A stretch of 64,000 nt of DNA from Octopus sinensis (taxonomy: Eukaryota): positions 7,378,001 through 7,442,000 of the forward strand of contig NC_043007.1 in assembly GCF_006345805.1 (NCBI RefSeq), given 5' to 3'. Below, piece by piece: positions 1 to 13,506 of this stretch. The notes below the pieces were generated by a model. The model was given only the letters and a program-made list of their open reading frames with translations. It was not told the DNA's origin and did no database searches. Position 1 is the stretch's first letter. Every line of letters begins with the position of its first letter. A program made the translations under genes and the position numbers.

Positions 1-94
1 ACGCAAATATTTCACAATATACATGCATGTACTGTTTATGAAATATGGATGCTTAATTTTCTGGTCTTTAATGCATATCCTTATTCTTTTGCAG

Positions 95-204
95 GTACAT
101 TTACTGAGCACATAAAACTCAATGTGCAGAATTCGGCACAGGCAAGAGCAGTCTGCAGTCCGACAGACATCAAGACGGACAAAGATAGTGTGGCGTCATT
201 GTGA
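95..204 (+). CDS. Candidate terminal coding exon of an upstream host gene, (G)TFTEHIKLNVQNSAQARAVCSPTDIKTDKDSVASL*
   Basis: Polypyrimidine tract plus CAG (ccttattcttttgcag) ending at 94. Only the phase-1 frame stays open, to TGA at 202-204. Non-repetitive, higher-GC sequence. Product not recognised. Confidence 0.3.
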
Positions 205-379
205 TCCCAGTGACACGAGTGGTTCTTCAGAGAACAATGCAGAGAAGCCCTGTGGAATATCTGAACAATGATTTCTACGAAGAGAATGCGCACTGTATCG
301 ATACATATAAAGAAATGCACACACACAACCATATACATACATATGTAAATAGATACATATAAGTACTGTATTATATATG

Positions 380-631
380 CATGTATCTATATATATATAT
401 CATATATATCATATATATGATGTATATATGTATATTATATATGTATATATAGATACATAGATATAAGTATGTAGTGTGTACATGATATGAAATTTTATGT
501 ATATTCACTTACGAGTATATACGTAAAATATATATGTAAGTGAAATCTTGTACGCATTCGTCTTTAATGAAATGACAGCGGAAACAAAAGCAGATTCTGT
601 GCTGATATATTTAGACATAAATATTACATAA

Positions 632-688
<57 letters not shown>

Positions 689-721
689 ATATATCAATTT
701 CAATGAATAAATATATATATG

Positions 722-766
<45 letters not shown>

Positions 767-835
767 GTATGTATATATATATATATGTATATATATGCGT
801 ATGTATGCATATATATATGTATATATATAAATACA

Positions 836-909
<74 letters not shown>

Positions 910-1882
910 ATGAGAGAGAGAGCGAGAGAGGGAGAGTGGAGGAGAGATACATTAAATATTTTTTGACGAAGATTAATACCTCCCAGATAATCATCGTCTT
1001 CTTTATTGATATTTTTTTAAGATTATTGTCATCTAATTTTCATTGTCTATTTACCCGCACAATCTGTTGAGAGCATCGTTTTTCCTTTCCTTTTTTTATA
1101 GAGAAGCATATCTCGCCTGCAAGTGGTGAGAGTTATCGAACATGGTGTTCCCATTATGCTACAATGATTGAAAAGATGAGAGCGATATTTACTCGCTTTT
1201 TGTTTGAGTTTAACATGAAAGAATGAGCGATCGATGTGTAGAGAAGAGAATTATCAGCATATTCCTTGCAGGCTGAAAAGAATCTAGGAAAATATGAACC
1301 TGTAATACACGGAATCACATACTTGCACACACGTGCGCGTTCATACACGCACATACCAGCACACATGCATGCATACACATGTATGGGTACATATATATAA
1401 ATGCATATATATATATACACGCACACATTCACATATATACATACACATATACACATGTACACACACACACACATATATATACGTCTGTATCATGTACATA
1501 CATGAATATATACACGTGTTTAAATCAATACACATTTATAAATATGAATATTGTTTCGCATCTGTATCTATGCGAATTTATTGACCTATATGTTTATGTA
1601 TATGCTATATGTGTGTGTATGTATACATATAAATATACATATACATATTTATATATATACACACACACACATATATATATATATACATATGCATGTATAT
1701 ACATATATACATATATATATATATAGATATATAGATTATATACCTACGTATGTATATTATACATGTATATATATCTGCATATATATTATATACATATATA
1801 TGTACATATAATATGCATACATACAAATATATTAATACATAAATACATACATACAAATATATTAATACATAAATACATACAT

Positions 1883-1930
<48 letters not shown>

Positions 1931-1990
1931 CATACCTACATATATACATACATAGGTTACATACATGCTTGCATACATACGTACATGTAC
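380..1990. repeat. TA/CA/TACA microsatellite and low-complexity blocks, interrupted by unique sequence at about 930-1330
   Basis: Long (TA)n at about 630-910 and mixed (TA)/(CA)/(TACA) at 1330-1990, read directly. Confidence 0.9.
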
Positions 1991-2177
1991 GTATGTATAT
2001 AATGCAATTACTATGTCTATAGAACCTGCTTAGTGTAACAGTAATTAATTACTGGAACTTATTGGGACTGTTTGCCAGCAATGCGTTATTTATTCAAATC
2101 GGTTTTCCTATTTAGTGAAGTCCTAAATTGAAATTGCAATAATATATATATCTGTGGGCAGAGGACAAAGAAGTGCA

Positions 2178-2223
2178 CGGTTCCTGAAGAATGTCCCAAA
2201 TAGGACCGAAACCTGTTGGACCG
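2178..2223 (+). ncRNA. Minimal type I hammerhead ribozyme motif (Penelope/retrozyme type)
   Basis: Stem I cggttc/ggaccg, core CTGAAGA (2184-2190), stem II gtcc-caaata-ggac, GAAA (2208-2211), short near-palindromic stem III (acctgt), GUU cleavage triplet. The base of stem II is mismatched. Confidence 0.65.
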
Positions 2224-2859
2224 ATCTCACTTTTGCTGCCACAGAGAGATAATATAGCCCTGTCCATAGTATTAAACATGAGGCGTTAGGTAAAACCTCT
2301 ATTACAACAATAGATGGGCTTTTCAGTAGGCTAGTCATGCAAATCAGACCTTTCGGTTTAGTAAAATTTGTAACTAAAATGATCTTATAAAACCCCTGTG
2401 GCCCTTTACCTAAATGACACACGAAACTTCAGCTGAAACTTGTAATAAAACAATAGTTGGTCTTTGTAGTAGACTAGTCATGCAAATTAGATATTTTGGT
2501 TTAGTGAAGTCCTGTATTGCAATGACTGTGCATGGATGCACATTTCTTCGGTGTGAAAATAATAGACAGATGCACAGTTCATGATATGTGATCCAATTCG
2601 GACCGAATCTGACTGCAACGTCAACATTTTATCTCCCCATTGAGAATTATTGTGTTGACGTTGCTTTACACCTGCTCGGCGCATATTACTACACACACAC
2701 ACACACACACTCGTAAAGAGTGTTGGTTAAAATTTATACTACTTAGAATAATAGTTTGTGAAAAAGGCTGCTTAGTGTTTCAATAAGAAGGATATTAATA
2801 TTTATACAATGATATTTGTATATGTAAATGCATACATATATATATATATATATATAATA

Positions 2860-2892
<33 letters not shown>

Positions 2893-3179
2893 TTGTGTGT
2901 GTGTACATATATATATGTACACACATGAATATGCATACATTTCCAATATATATATATATATAGAAATATATAAATATTTATATATATAATATATATGGAA
3001 AATATACGCATATTTCTACACATATATAAGTATATATTTTTATGTTTATGTAGAATGGAAATATGTGTACACATATATATAATATATATATATATAATAT
3101 ATATAATATATATATATATATAATATATATGCGTAAATATAAATATATATATATATATAATATATATATGTACATGCAT

Positions 3180-3262
<83 letters not shown>

Positions 3263-3370
3263 CTATATATATATATATAGATATATCAACAATTGAGGGT
3301 AAAATTAATTAATTATTAATCAATTTCACCAAGTATTCAGTATGTAAAGGGACCATTATAGGCGAATTCA

Positions 3371-3599
3371 AAATATTACATTATATATAAGGGCTTAGTA
3401 AAATAAATTACTTTGCCACATACTGAACTCATTAGAAATAGCAGCTAAAGAAATTTCTTCAGCTATTTCTAATACTTAAAGAAGATCTCTTTAAGTATTA
3501 GAAATAGCTGAAGAAATTTCTTTAGCTGCTATTTCTAATGAGTTCAGTATGTGGCAAAGTAATTTATTTTACTAAGCCCTTATATATAATGTAATATTT
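3371..3599. repeat. Perfect inverted repeat, 112-bp arms with 5-nt spacer
   Basis: 3371-3482 is the exact reverse complement of 3488-3599 (checked base by base); spacer agatc. Confidence 0.95.
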
Positions 3600-4094
3600 A
3601 TATATAGATATATATAACGGAATATAGCAAAAAATGTTTTAAAAATCGTGAAATAATTTCATGAAAATAAATTAATTAACCTTATAAAACAATCTTGAAA
3701 ACGATAATAGTTTTTATATTTTAATCTTCGAAACATGGCACATTATTTAACATGTATTTTCTTTAATAAATGGTAATTAAAATATTTAACAACTTCATCT
3801 GGTTTTTCAATACCTTCTTTCGTATATCCTATCAAATAGTTCACACGTAACATCTCATTTTTGTATGCTTGTGTGTATGTGTGTGTGTTTGCGTGTGTTT
3901 ATGTGTGTGTGTGTGTCTGTGTGCCCATGCACACTTGAACTCGGGTTTTTTTTACTACATCTATTTTTACCTACTGTTAGTGGTTTGTATTCTAGTAATA
4001 CACAATACTATTTGTTATTTTAAAAAGACACATAGGATTTCATGCGGTGAAATTCATATATATATATATATAATATATATATATATATACGTAC

Positions 4095-4129
<35 letters not shown>

Positions 4130-4133
4130 TACG

Positions 4134-4165
<32 letters not shown>

Positions 4166-4378
4166 ATATATATATATTTACATATACACACGTATATATA
4201 TATATATATACATATATATGTATACATATGTATACATATGTATACATATATAGATATTTACATATATGTATACATACATATATATATATATTCACATATA
4301 CATATATATATTTACATATATATATATACATATATATATATATTAACATATATATATATATATATATAAATATATACC

Positions 4379-4410
<32 letters not shown>

Positions 4411-4940
4411 ATATATATTATATTTACACATGTATACATATATATATTTATATATATATACGTATGCAGATATTTATATTTAAAAAAATATATATATATG
4501 TATTTATATATACATATATATATATTTATATATATGCATATATATATATATTTATACATATGTATATGTGTATACGTATGTATGTATATATAAATATATA
4601 CATATATATATACATGTATATATATATATATGCATGCATATGTTTATATATATATGTGTGCGTGTGTACGTGAGTGTGTGTTCGCGCGCGCGTGTGTATG
4701 TTTTCATATACATGCAAAATGAATATCAAACACTATTTGAATAAATAAAAAAGACAAGTATGTGTAAAACAAAGTTTATATTTGCATAATACTATCCTTA
4801 CGAAATTATCTGATTTATTTAGAAACCGTTCTCTAAGCACGAATCTATAACGTTTGCATATACATACCTACATACATACATATACACATACATATGCATG
4901 TATGTATGTATATATGTATATTTAAAATATATATATATTA

Positions 4941-4979
<39 letters not shown>

Positions 4980-5923
4980 TTATATATATATATATGATAT
5001 ATATATATATATATATATACAATATATAATATGTATATGTATATATCTATAATATACTATATATATATTATATATATAATATATTATATGCGATAATGCT
5101 GAGAAGTACGGAATGTGCAGTATTCTATATCATAATGTAGATTATATAATTTGGTTGACCGGATTTGAACTGAAGACGACTTACAGTATCCCCTTCAGAA
5201 TTATCCGATGTTGATTTTCTAGTCACCATGGTGACACCATTTTTATTAAATAATCGACATAGTGACTTCGCAGGTTAACTGATTTTCATGTAGGAAACGT
5301 GAATGTAGCAACCAGCGTTGAGATGACGTTGATGTTAATTTCCCGTTTATACACGTTTACGGACTTCTTTAACCATTATTCATGAAAGGAAAAATCAGGA
5401 AACCTGACTTGGTATCTGTTCTGTTCCACGCTCCTACGAATTGTCCTTAAAGACATCATTTATAGCAAATTAAAGATGTACCACAATAAAAGATGAACAC
5501 TTTATTTCGAAGAAGCGCCCAGTGAAGATTTCACATTCTTTAATACTCACGAAAATATACGTTTGCAAAGTACAAAATTGAGTTTCTCCAGGACTCGAGC
5601 GAAGATGTTCCTCTTCAAGAAATTGTATCTTTATGTTTATAGATATACATATATGTGTGTGTGTACGTACGAGTGTATGAGTATGTGTGACACTTTTACG
5701 CACGGTTTTTCACATAATTATTATGGATGGAATGGCATATTATATCAATGAGTAAACTTGTATTTTTCACAGTCAACGTTAAACAAAATTTGTCCCTCAA
5801 AAGGTCGCTGCAACTATGGCCAAAAGTTTTGAATTCAAGTCATCGAAAGACAACATGTTGGTACGTGTGTGTATACAAATATATATGTATATGTATGTGT
5901 GTATAATATATATATATATATAT

Positions 5924-5955
<32 letters not shown>

Positions 5956-5995
5956 ATATGCGTATACACATAAGCATACATGCGCACATATTGTT

Positions 5996-6031
<36 letters not shown>

Positions 6032-6111
6032 TAGATGTAATTAAGTATCTTATGTACGTATGCTTAAAAGAAGGATTATATATACGTACACACACATACA
6101 CTCACACGGAC

Positions 6112-6158
<47 letters not shown>

Positions 6159-6876
6159 TATATATATATATATATATATACATATATATATCTTTGTATG
6201 TATATGTACGCATTTATGTATGAATGTGTGTATGTAGGTGTTGGTGTATATATATATATATATAAATCTATGTGTAGTTTTAATATTGATTGTGAATGTG
6301 AAATAAGTACGACTGTTTGGATAACTTTACAGAATTCTTAGGTTAACCTTTGTTATTCAATCATACTGTGTGAACTGATATATATATATTCGTGATACTT
6401 TTCTGTTTTACAAATTTCAAAAGAAATCACCGTCTATGAACCATGATTTCAAAACATCCAGAAAAATCTCCCATGAGCACTCATTGAATAGCCACATACT
6501 TTATGAGCCATGTCATATTATATGACTCAGTTACATTATTTTTTCCTTGAAAATATTTTGCCACAAATTAGTCTGTTTATTCTAGACGGGTGGCTTTGCG
6601 GCTGAGCACGAATGGGAAGGCATATCTATTTGAATGGGAGTAACTGCGTATGAATGAATGTGTCTATATATGCAGATACATACATTCATAAACTTGTATA
6701 TATGTGTGTGTATGTGCGTGCGTGTGTTTGTGTTAGTTTGCATGTATGCATGCATGTATGTACGTAGGAATGTATGTATGTGTATACATATATATGTTGG
6801 TATATACGTAAATACATGTGGATATACTTATATATAATGTATATTTCTATGAATATGTATGTAAATATATATATAC

Positions 6877-6917
<41 letters not shown>

Positions 6918-7480
6918 GTTATAAATGTGTACATACATACGTACGTACAGGATGTGTACATTGGGGGAACTGAAAAGAGAGAAAATAGTATATTCTTGGT
7001 GACAATGCCTACTTTAAATATGTCGGCGTGTAATGATATGGCAAACAGCTAGATCATGATATACACGCAGACATATTACGAATATATCTGGTTATTTATA
7101 TTTGTATCTATGTATGTCTTTCATTAAACACACGCGCACACGCACGCAGAATTGCACTTATATACTTATGTGTATGTGTGTATGTGCATGTGTGTAAATA
7201 TGCGCGTGGCTGTGTTTTTATTCATATATTAAAAGTGATCTTATGATTTGGTTGTGATTATTGTTGATACTTTTTTAACCTTATAAGCGTGTGTGTGTGT
7301 GTGTGTGTATAACTATGTGTATATCTATATATATATGGAGAGAGATAGAGAGAGAGAATATATACATATGTATGTATATTTATATAAGTATGTACGTATA
7401 TATAGTCATACTAAGAAATACAATCACATGTATCTGTGCTTGTATATATTTCTAAACATATATATATAAATTATATATAT

Positions 7481-7534
<54 letters not shown>

Positions 7535-7538
7535 TGGT

Positions 7539-7583
<45 letters not shown>

Positions 7584-8858
7584 GTGTGTGTGTGTGTGTG
7601 AGAGTGGTTTTTATTTCTGAGCGTGTATATCTAACTTTAACCGAGATTGTGTGCATGTATCCATAACGAACTCCAGTTGTTTTGTTATAGATTGTTAGAT
7701 TTGTTTTTGTTGTCTCTTAAACTAACGTATATGTATTCATTAATTATCTTAATGAAACTAATAATCTGAAAAAAAAAATTACCAAATTGGGAAGCAATCG
7801 TTTTCCGGACGCCGATTTTTGCCTCCCACCGGATACAAAAAAAAAAAACATTGTTTAAAATTTTTATTTCCATTCTTTATCAGATGTCGATCATCTCGTT
7901 CCATAAATCTAATCTCAAAATTATCTACGTTGCATTTTTTGTTGTATTTTTTATTATTTGGTTATGTTTTGTTTTATAGAACTTCACTGTATAATCAATA
8001 TAAATTTTTTAAATATTTTTCATTCGTAATGTGTTATATATTTGTCCTAATAAATACTTCAATTTTATGGTGACGAGCGTGGGAGTGTAAGCGCTAAATT
8101 TCCAAACGATTTTGAAGCTATTCCGCTTACACTTTCGGGGCTGAGATCTTTAAGGAAGGTTTAAATAACGCAATGGTTACTTTTGCCGCCTACATTTTTC
8201 CCCACCGTAAATGAAAAAAATAAAATATAAGACTTCCATATAAAGTCTAAATAAAATCGAATCCAATAAATCTCTGTTAATCTGTTTACAAATAGCAACA
8301 TTTGCGTTCCACTCTTCATTTCCTTGTAACTTACAAAGAAAGTAATCACAGATAAAGCAACATCTTCAATTATATATTTTTGTTAAAAGACCATTCCAAT
8401 GATACTTTTGTTTCTAATTCTTCACTATTTCCAATTTGTGATCGATTATATTGCATAGTTATATCTATTTTATAATAATAAACTCTCATTAATATCTTCG
8501 TTTATATGATTTTTGTTTTTATTTTATTTTCAACACACACACTTTGTATTCTTTATATATTTTATATGGATAAATATGAAATCATTATTCTTCCTTTCTT
8601 TCTGGAATTTTTTAATAATAAAGATGTTCCAGCTAAACCATTTCCATCCTTTAAACAGATCTTTAAGTATTAACAACTTTGTTTTGATATATTTAATATA
8701 TTTTTTCTAAATACATGTTTTCGTAATTAGCACAAAACAAAATTTATGTTAATCTCACATCATTTGTTTTTGTAGCCAGGTGCATGCTCACATGCACACA
8801 AACACACACACACAGACGAAGCAACACACACACACACACAAACACACATTTATATATA

Positions 8859-8898
<40 letters not shown>

Positions 8899-9011
8899 CA
8901 CATATATTAATATATATGTCATATGTAATATAAGCATTGTATGTATGCATAAATTGTATGTGTGTATATATATATATATGCATACATATGTTCATATATG
9001 TATATGCATAT

Positions 9012-9053
<42 letters not shown>

Positions 9054-9449
9054 GTATTTAAACAAATGATATATATATGATATGTGCAATAATTGTAAAT
9101 AAACATATATATATATATATACATATGTATCTAAACACATTTATATATATATATATATACATATATATCTAAACATATATATATATTATACTTGCGTATA
9201 AGACATTGTGAAGTTTGGTTTATTACGGAACTTACCGTAACGTGTTCGTAACTATTTGTGTTCGCGATTTTGAAGTTCTAATCTTGATAGATAATCTATA
9301 ATATGTTATTTTATCATGGTCTCAAAATTGATTATTTCTGGCGTACCGGTTCATTCGACATAAAATCACTATTTCAATTCATTTTAAGCATATATTTTTA
9401 AAATTAAATGAAATGGTTAATAATGGCCAACGAACCGTCATATATATAT

Positions 9450-9491
<42 letters not shown>

Positions 9492-9510
9492 ATATAATAT
9501 ATAAACGTGT

Positions 9511-9575
<65 letters not shown>

Positions 9576-9599
9576 ACCATTATAAAATGATATTTAGTT

Positions 9600-9757
9600 G
9601 CGTTTCTTAAAATTCTGAGTTCAAATCCCGCCGTGATCAACTTTGCCTATCACTATCATTCTGACGGGATTTTATATCATAAGGTCTCTGGAAATACTTT
9701 ACTCACTACATCCATCACTCAAAATTTATGGCCTTGTGCCTAAGTTGGAAATCAATT
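9600..9757 (+). mobile_element. SINE family B, degenerate copy
   Basis: ttctgagttcaaatcccgcc...ctttgcct body and ggccttgtgcc tail, similar to the intact copy at 37040. Confidence 0.6.
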
Positions 9758-9798
9758 TATGTATATAAAATTCATATATACAACATATATTAACATAA

Positions 9799-9846
<48 letters not shown>

Positions 9847-11339
9847 ATAAAGATGTCTCACCCCTGGTTTTAAGTTAGGTTTATAGTTTAGAGTTTATAT
9901 AAGTGGCAGGGTCGTTATTTTGCTTATGGAAACAAAATGTACATTTGGTTGTGATGTATAGAAGACAAACCTTGATATTTAGCATGCTTTTCTCCCTTCA
10001 GACAAAAGACAAACAAGTAGAAAAAAAATGTCTATGATCATTCCATGTGAATCTCATGTCTGCAGGTCGTTATACATCTGTGAAATAAAATTTCCATCTT
10101 TCATGCAAAGAATATGACATTCCAAGATAGACATAACCTTTTTCCTCGCCCCACCCACTTTTTTTTATTTACTTTGTACTACTTTTCCTGTTCTGTAATT
10201 ACTGCTGCTGCTGCTTTTTATACTTTGTCTATTTCTGTTTTTCTTTAATTATTTTTTGTAACGTCTCTTTCATGTCATACAAGATTAAACAACAGCAAAA
10301 TGATATTATAAAAGTGTTCATTTTTTTATTATTATTATTACTATTATTATTATTATTTCTGAAATATAAAATTATTTATTGCGTTCTCTGTCTTCCTGTC
10401 TTTATTCAATTGTTAGAAATACTGTCCTGATTGCTTGCGGTTTTCGTAGAGGAAAAGTAGGACCGCTTTTAGAATCCAGGAGATGCTTAATGTTACAACT
10501 TGGATCGTATCGGAACGGAAATACGGAATTCAACACTGATAGCTTTGCATGATCGACAGGAGAATCATTCCAATATATTCCACATGATTAGGAAGCTTTC
10601 CTGAACTCAGGGAGCGAAATTTGTTGTTGTTCTCCACATAATAGAAAATGTATTTTCATAAGATTGTCGTCCTCCTTTCCAGGCTACAGAACGGAAAAAC
10701 CATGTCTGTGTTCGATCACAACTGACAGCAATCCATGGGAGGTAACTCTTTTTCCTCTCTAGAAAAATGTTATATATTTGCCTCAAGCGTCAGACAATAT
10801 TCTTCCGACCAACATGTTTAATGCCAAATGCAATGTTCCGCACAAAATTGATGATAAAATTCACCGGTTATATGTCATAATCCGGGTTATACTGCTTCCC
10901 AAATCATATATTCATGCACACACACACACACACACACATATTGTTAACTTATTTGCTTTATTCATTAAGCTACAACAAAAGCGCCTTGGCATTGAAAGGA
11001 GAGGCCACTCAGATGCTAGTTCTTGTTTTTCGAGGCAAAGGACTCCATTCACTGAAGCTTCCACCCCTTCTTGGCTGATGAAGCGTGGCGAGAACAGGAA
11101 ATGAGCAATGAATCGGATCAAGTAACAATTCAAGGGAACTAGGTCCAGGAAAAATACTGGGTGTGACATCCGTTCGATTCTCTTAAGTCCCTAGAGTTTA
11201 TGCCGGGTCGTTCGCATGCTTTGATGTCTTGCGGTGTCTTGCTACAGGGAAGCTCACTTTTCGTTCACCAACTTGTTGACAATGGCATGCATCCGCTCCG
11301 GCTGTCTGGAGTACAGGCTGGCATTGATGATTCACTCGT

Positions 11340-12080
11340 AAGCATCACCAAGAGCCCACTCCCACTTGTAACTGTCGAGACCCTGAAGCTTGCCCATTCG
11401 ACCAGGCATGTATGATAAATTCCGTCGTCTATAAGGCAGAAGTCACTACCACTCTTCAAGAAAACTTAAATGATAAGAAAAATTACATCGGTTTATGCGA
11501 AGGCTATTTCAAAAGACGTTATGCAATCCACCTATCTCCTTTACGGCACATTGTTAAAAGAAAAGTCCGTGGCTAGCCACGGGTTTCAAGGTCAAATGCA
11601 TACCATTTACAATAAAGTGGAGACTAAGAGAAATTCATGCCATTTGTAAACAGATCTAGGAAATCCAACCTATGCGTAGCTGAAAGAACGCAATGGTTTT
11701 TAGATCTAAGAATTCCACAGTACGACTTAATTCCAGAACCGAAATTTTCAGCAATGGCAAGAATACGGACAAATTTTTGTGTGGCAAACTGGACGACACC
11801 GCCATTCCCGGATTGAGCAGTTCTCTTTACGGTCAAAAGAGAAGTAGCTATAATCTTTTCTTTTCTTTTCCCGTTCCACTCTTCCATCTTTTTCATCAAC
11901 ATTGTTCTCATTTTTTCTCGTGTTTTCTTATGTACCAGCGTCCTGATTTTCAAACAGAAGAGACTATGTTCTCAGAGATTGAAGATTCTTGGAGACACAA
12001 GACGTGCCATAAAATCCTGCCTAGGTACGTATTTTTACAGCAGCAACCTCTATACTGTATTTATATTGAACGATATTTAT
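11340..12080 (+). mobile_element. Penelope-like retroelement 3' fragment with GIY-YIG endonuclease relic
   Basis: Frame starting at 11367 reads CNCRDPEACPFDQACMINSVVYKAEVTTTLQENLNDKKNYIGLCEGYFKRRYAIH. After stops and a frameshift come RSRKSNLCVAE and LNSRTEIFSNGKNTDKFL. This is the typical PLE C-terminal GIY-YIG layout (VVY-x-YIG, LNxRxE). Confidence 0.85.
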
Positions 12081-13151
12081 CTCTCACTATAAATGGGGAG
12101 AAGGAAAGAAATAGTGAAAGGAATGCAGAAGATGGCAGAACATTTAGTCATCAGTTGCGATCGTTTCAATAATTATTTAATGTGATCCTTCAATTAACAG
12201 CTAAGGTTTATAGCCACATAAAAAAATTCTATTCACGTAAAAAGCATATAATATTCGTTGAAAGTTTCCATGAATTATCTCACTGGACTTGGTGTAAATA
12301 GAATGCATTTAATATACTTTATATAAGTATGTTTTTGCTTGTTTAACCTAATATGTTGATTCATGTAAGATGTACACTAACTATGGACCGTAACTGCTGA
12401 ATAAATGTAATGCTATTATCTGCATTTCTTGTTTTTCTATAATCATACTCTCCGATGGATACACCAATATCATAATCGATATTTGCCTGGGTATCTGAAA
12501 CCTTTCTCTTCTTGCTATATACACAAGATCTTGAATTCATGGCCAAATAGACAAGAAATCGAAAAAAGGATTGATATTTTGTGGGGAAATTCTTAAATAC
12601 TCAAATTGATAAATATCTTACAAAATGTTTTAAACCAAACAAATGTTTTGTAGTAACTTAGCAAAATTTAATCATTCAACATTTTCAATTTCGGAAGAGT
12701 AATTTTCACACCAGATGTTCTTTCCTAGAATCGATCCGTAAAATAGACGACTATAGGATGGCATGTTGCAAACTTCGTGATCATGGCAGAGTGGCCCAAT
12801 TAGAAGAGTAGTTGCATCAATTTTTAAGAAGCACAAGGCAGTCAGATGCAGCCAATGTTTTTTTTTTTAAGAAACAGATTTTCAGTGGAATCTTTCGGAA
12901 TCATCGATGTTTCTAAATAGGTTAATCGGGCATACTCACAATCATATGAATTGTGTCCCTTTCTAGTTATGCTAACGGTACAAAAGTATCTCAGTTTGTT
13001 AAGAGATCTCTTAATGGCGCAAACCTACAGTAACACTTTCATATACACTACAAGAGGGTTCGAGATTGCAAATAACTTTCTGAGATTAAACGATCGTAGC
13101 GAGATATCATGAAATCAAAATATGTTAAAATTTACAAACCTATCATGCACT

Positions 13152-13241
<90 letters not shown>

Positions 13242-13253
13242 TAGATAGATAGA

Positions 13254-13376
13254 TACGACGTTTCCGTCTACCAAATTCACTCACAAGGCTTTGGTCGGCC
13301 TGAGGCTATAGTAGAAGACACGTTGCTCAAGGTGCCACGCAGTGGGAATGAACCCGGAACCATGTGGTTGGTAAGA
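13254..13376 (-). mobile_element. SINE family A, partial 5' half
   Basis: Reverse complement of ccacatggttccgggttc..gcgtggcacctt..gccttgtgagtg seen in the full copy at 15450. Confidence 0.85.
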
Positions 13377-13506
13377 CTTTCCATAAAAGCATTACAAAGA
13401 GTAGCTTGCGGGATGAACACATACATTGAGAAGGTGAATGATGAAACATGGATGATACTGATGGGAGAAAATAAAAAACGCTTTTCTGCTTCTCTAAAAC
13501 ATTGTT

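Noticed and set aside
5186-5230. Minus-strand mini-exon MVTRKSTSDNSEGDT with a GTAAGT donor
   Set aside because: No acceptor, promoter evidence or downstream exon found
8084-8133. 10-bp stem agtgtaagcg/cgcttacact
   Set aside because: A stem this short with a 30-nt loop is expected by chance in 64 kb
10683-10741. 59-nt AG...GT-bounded candidate exon
   Set aside because: Short pyrimidine tract, no recognisable peptide, no partner exons
11085-11110. CTGATGA core here, and similar cores at about 15229, 34273 and 50445 (minus)
   Set aside because: No stem II closed by GAAA and no stem I complement
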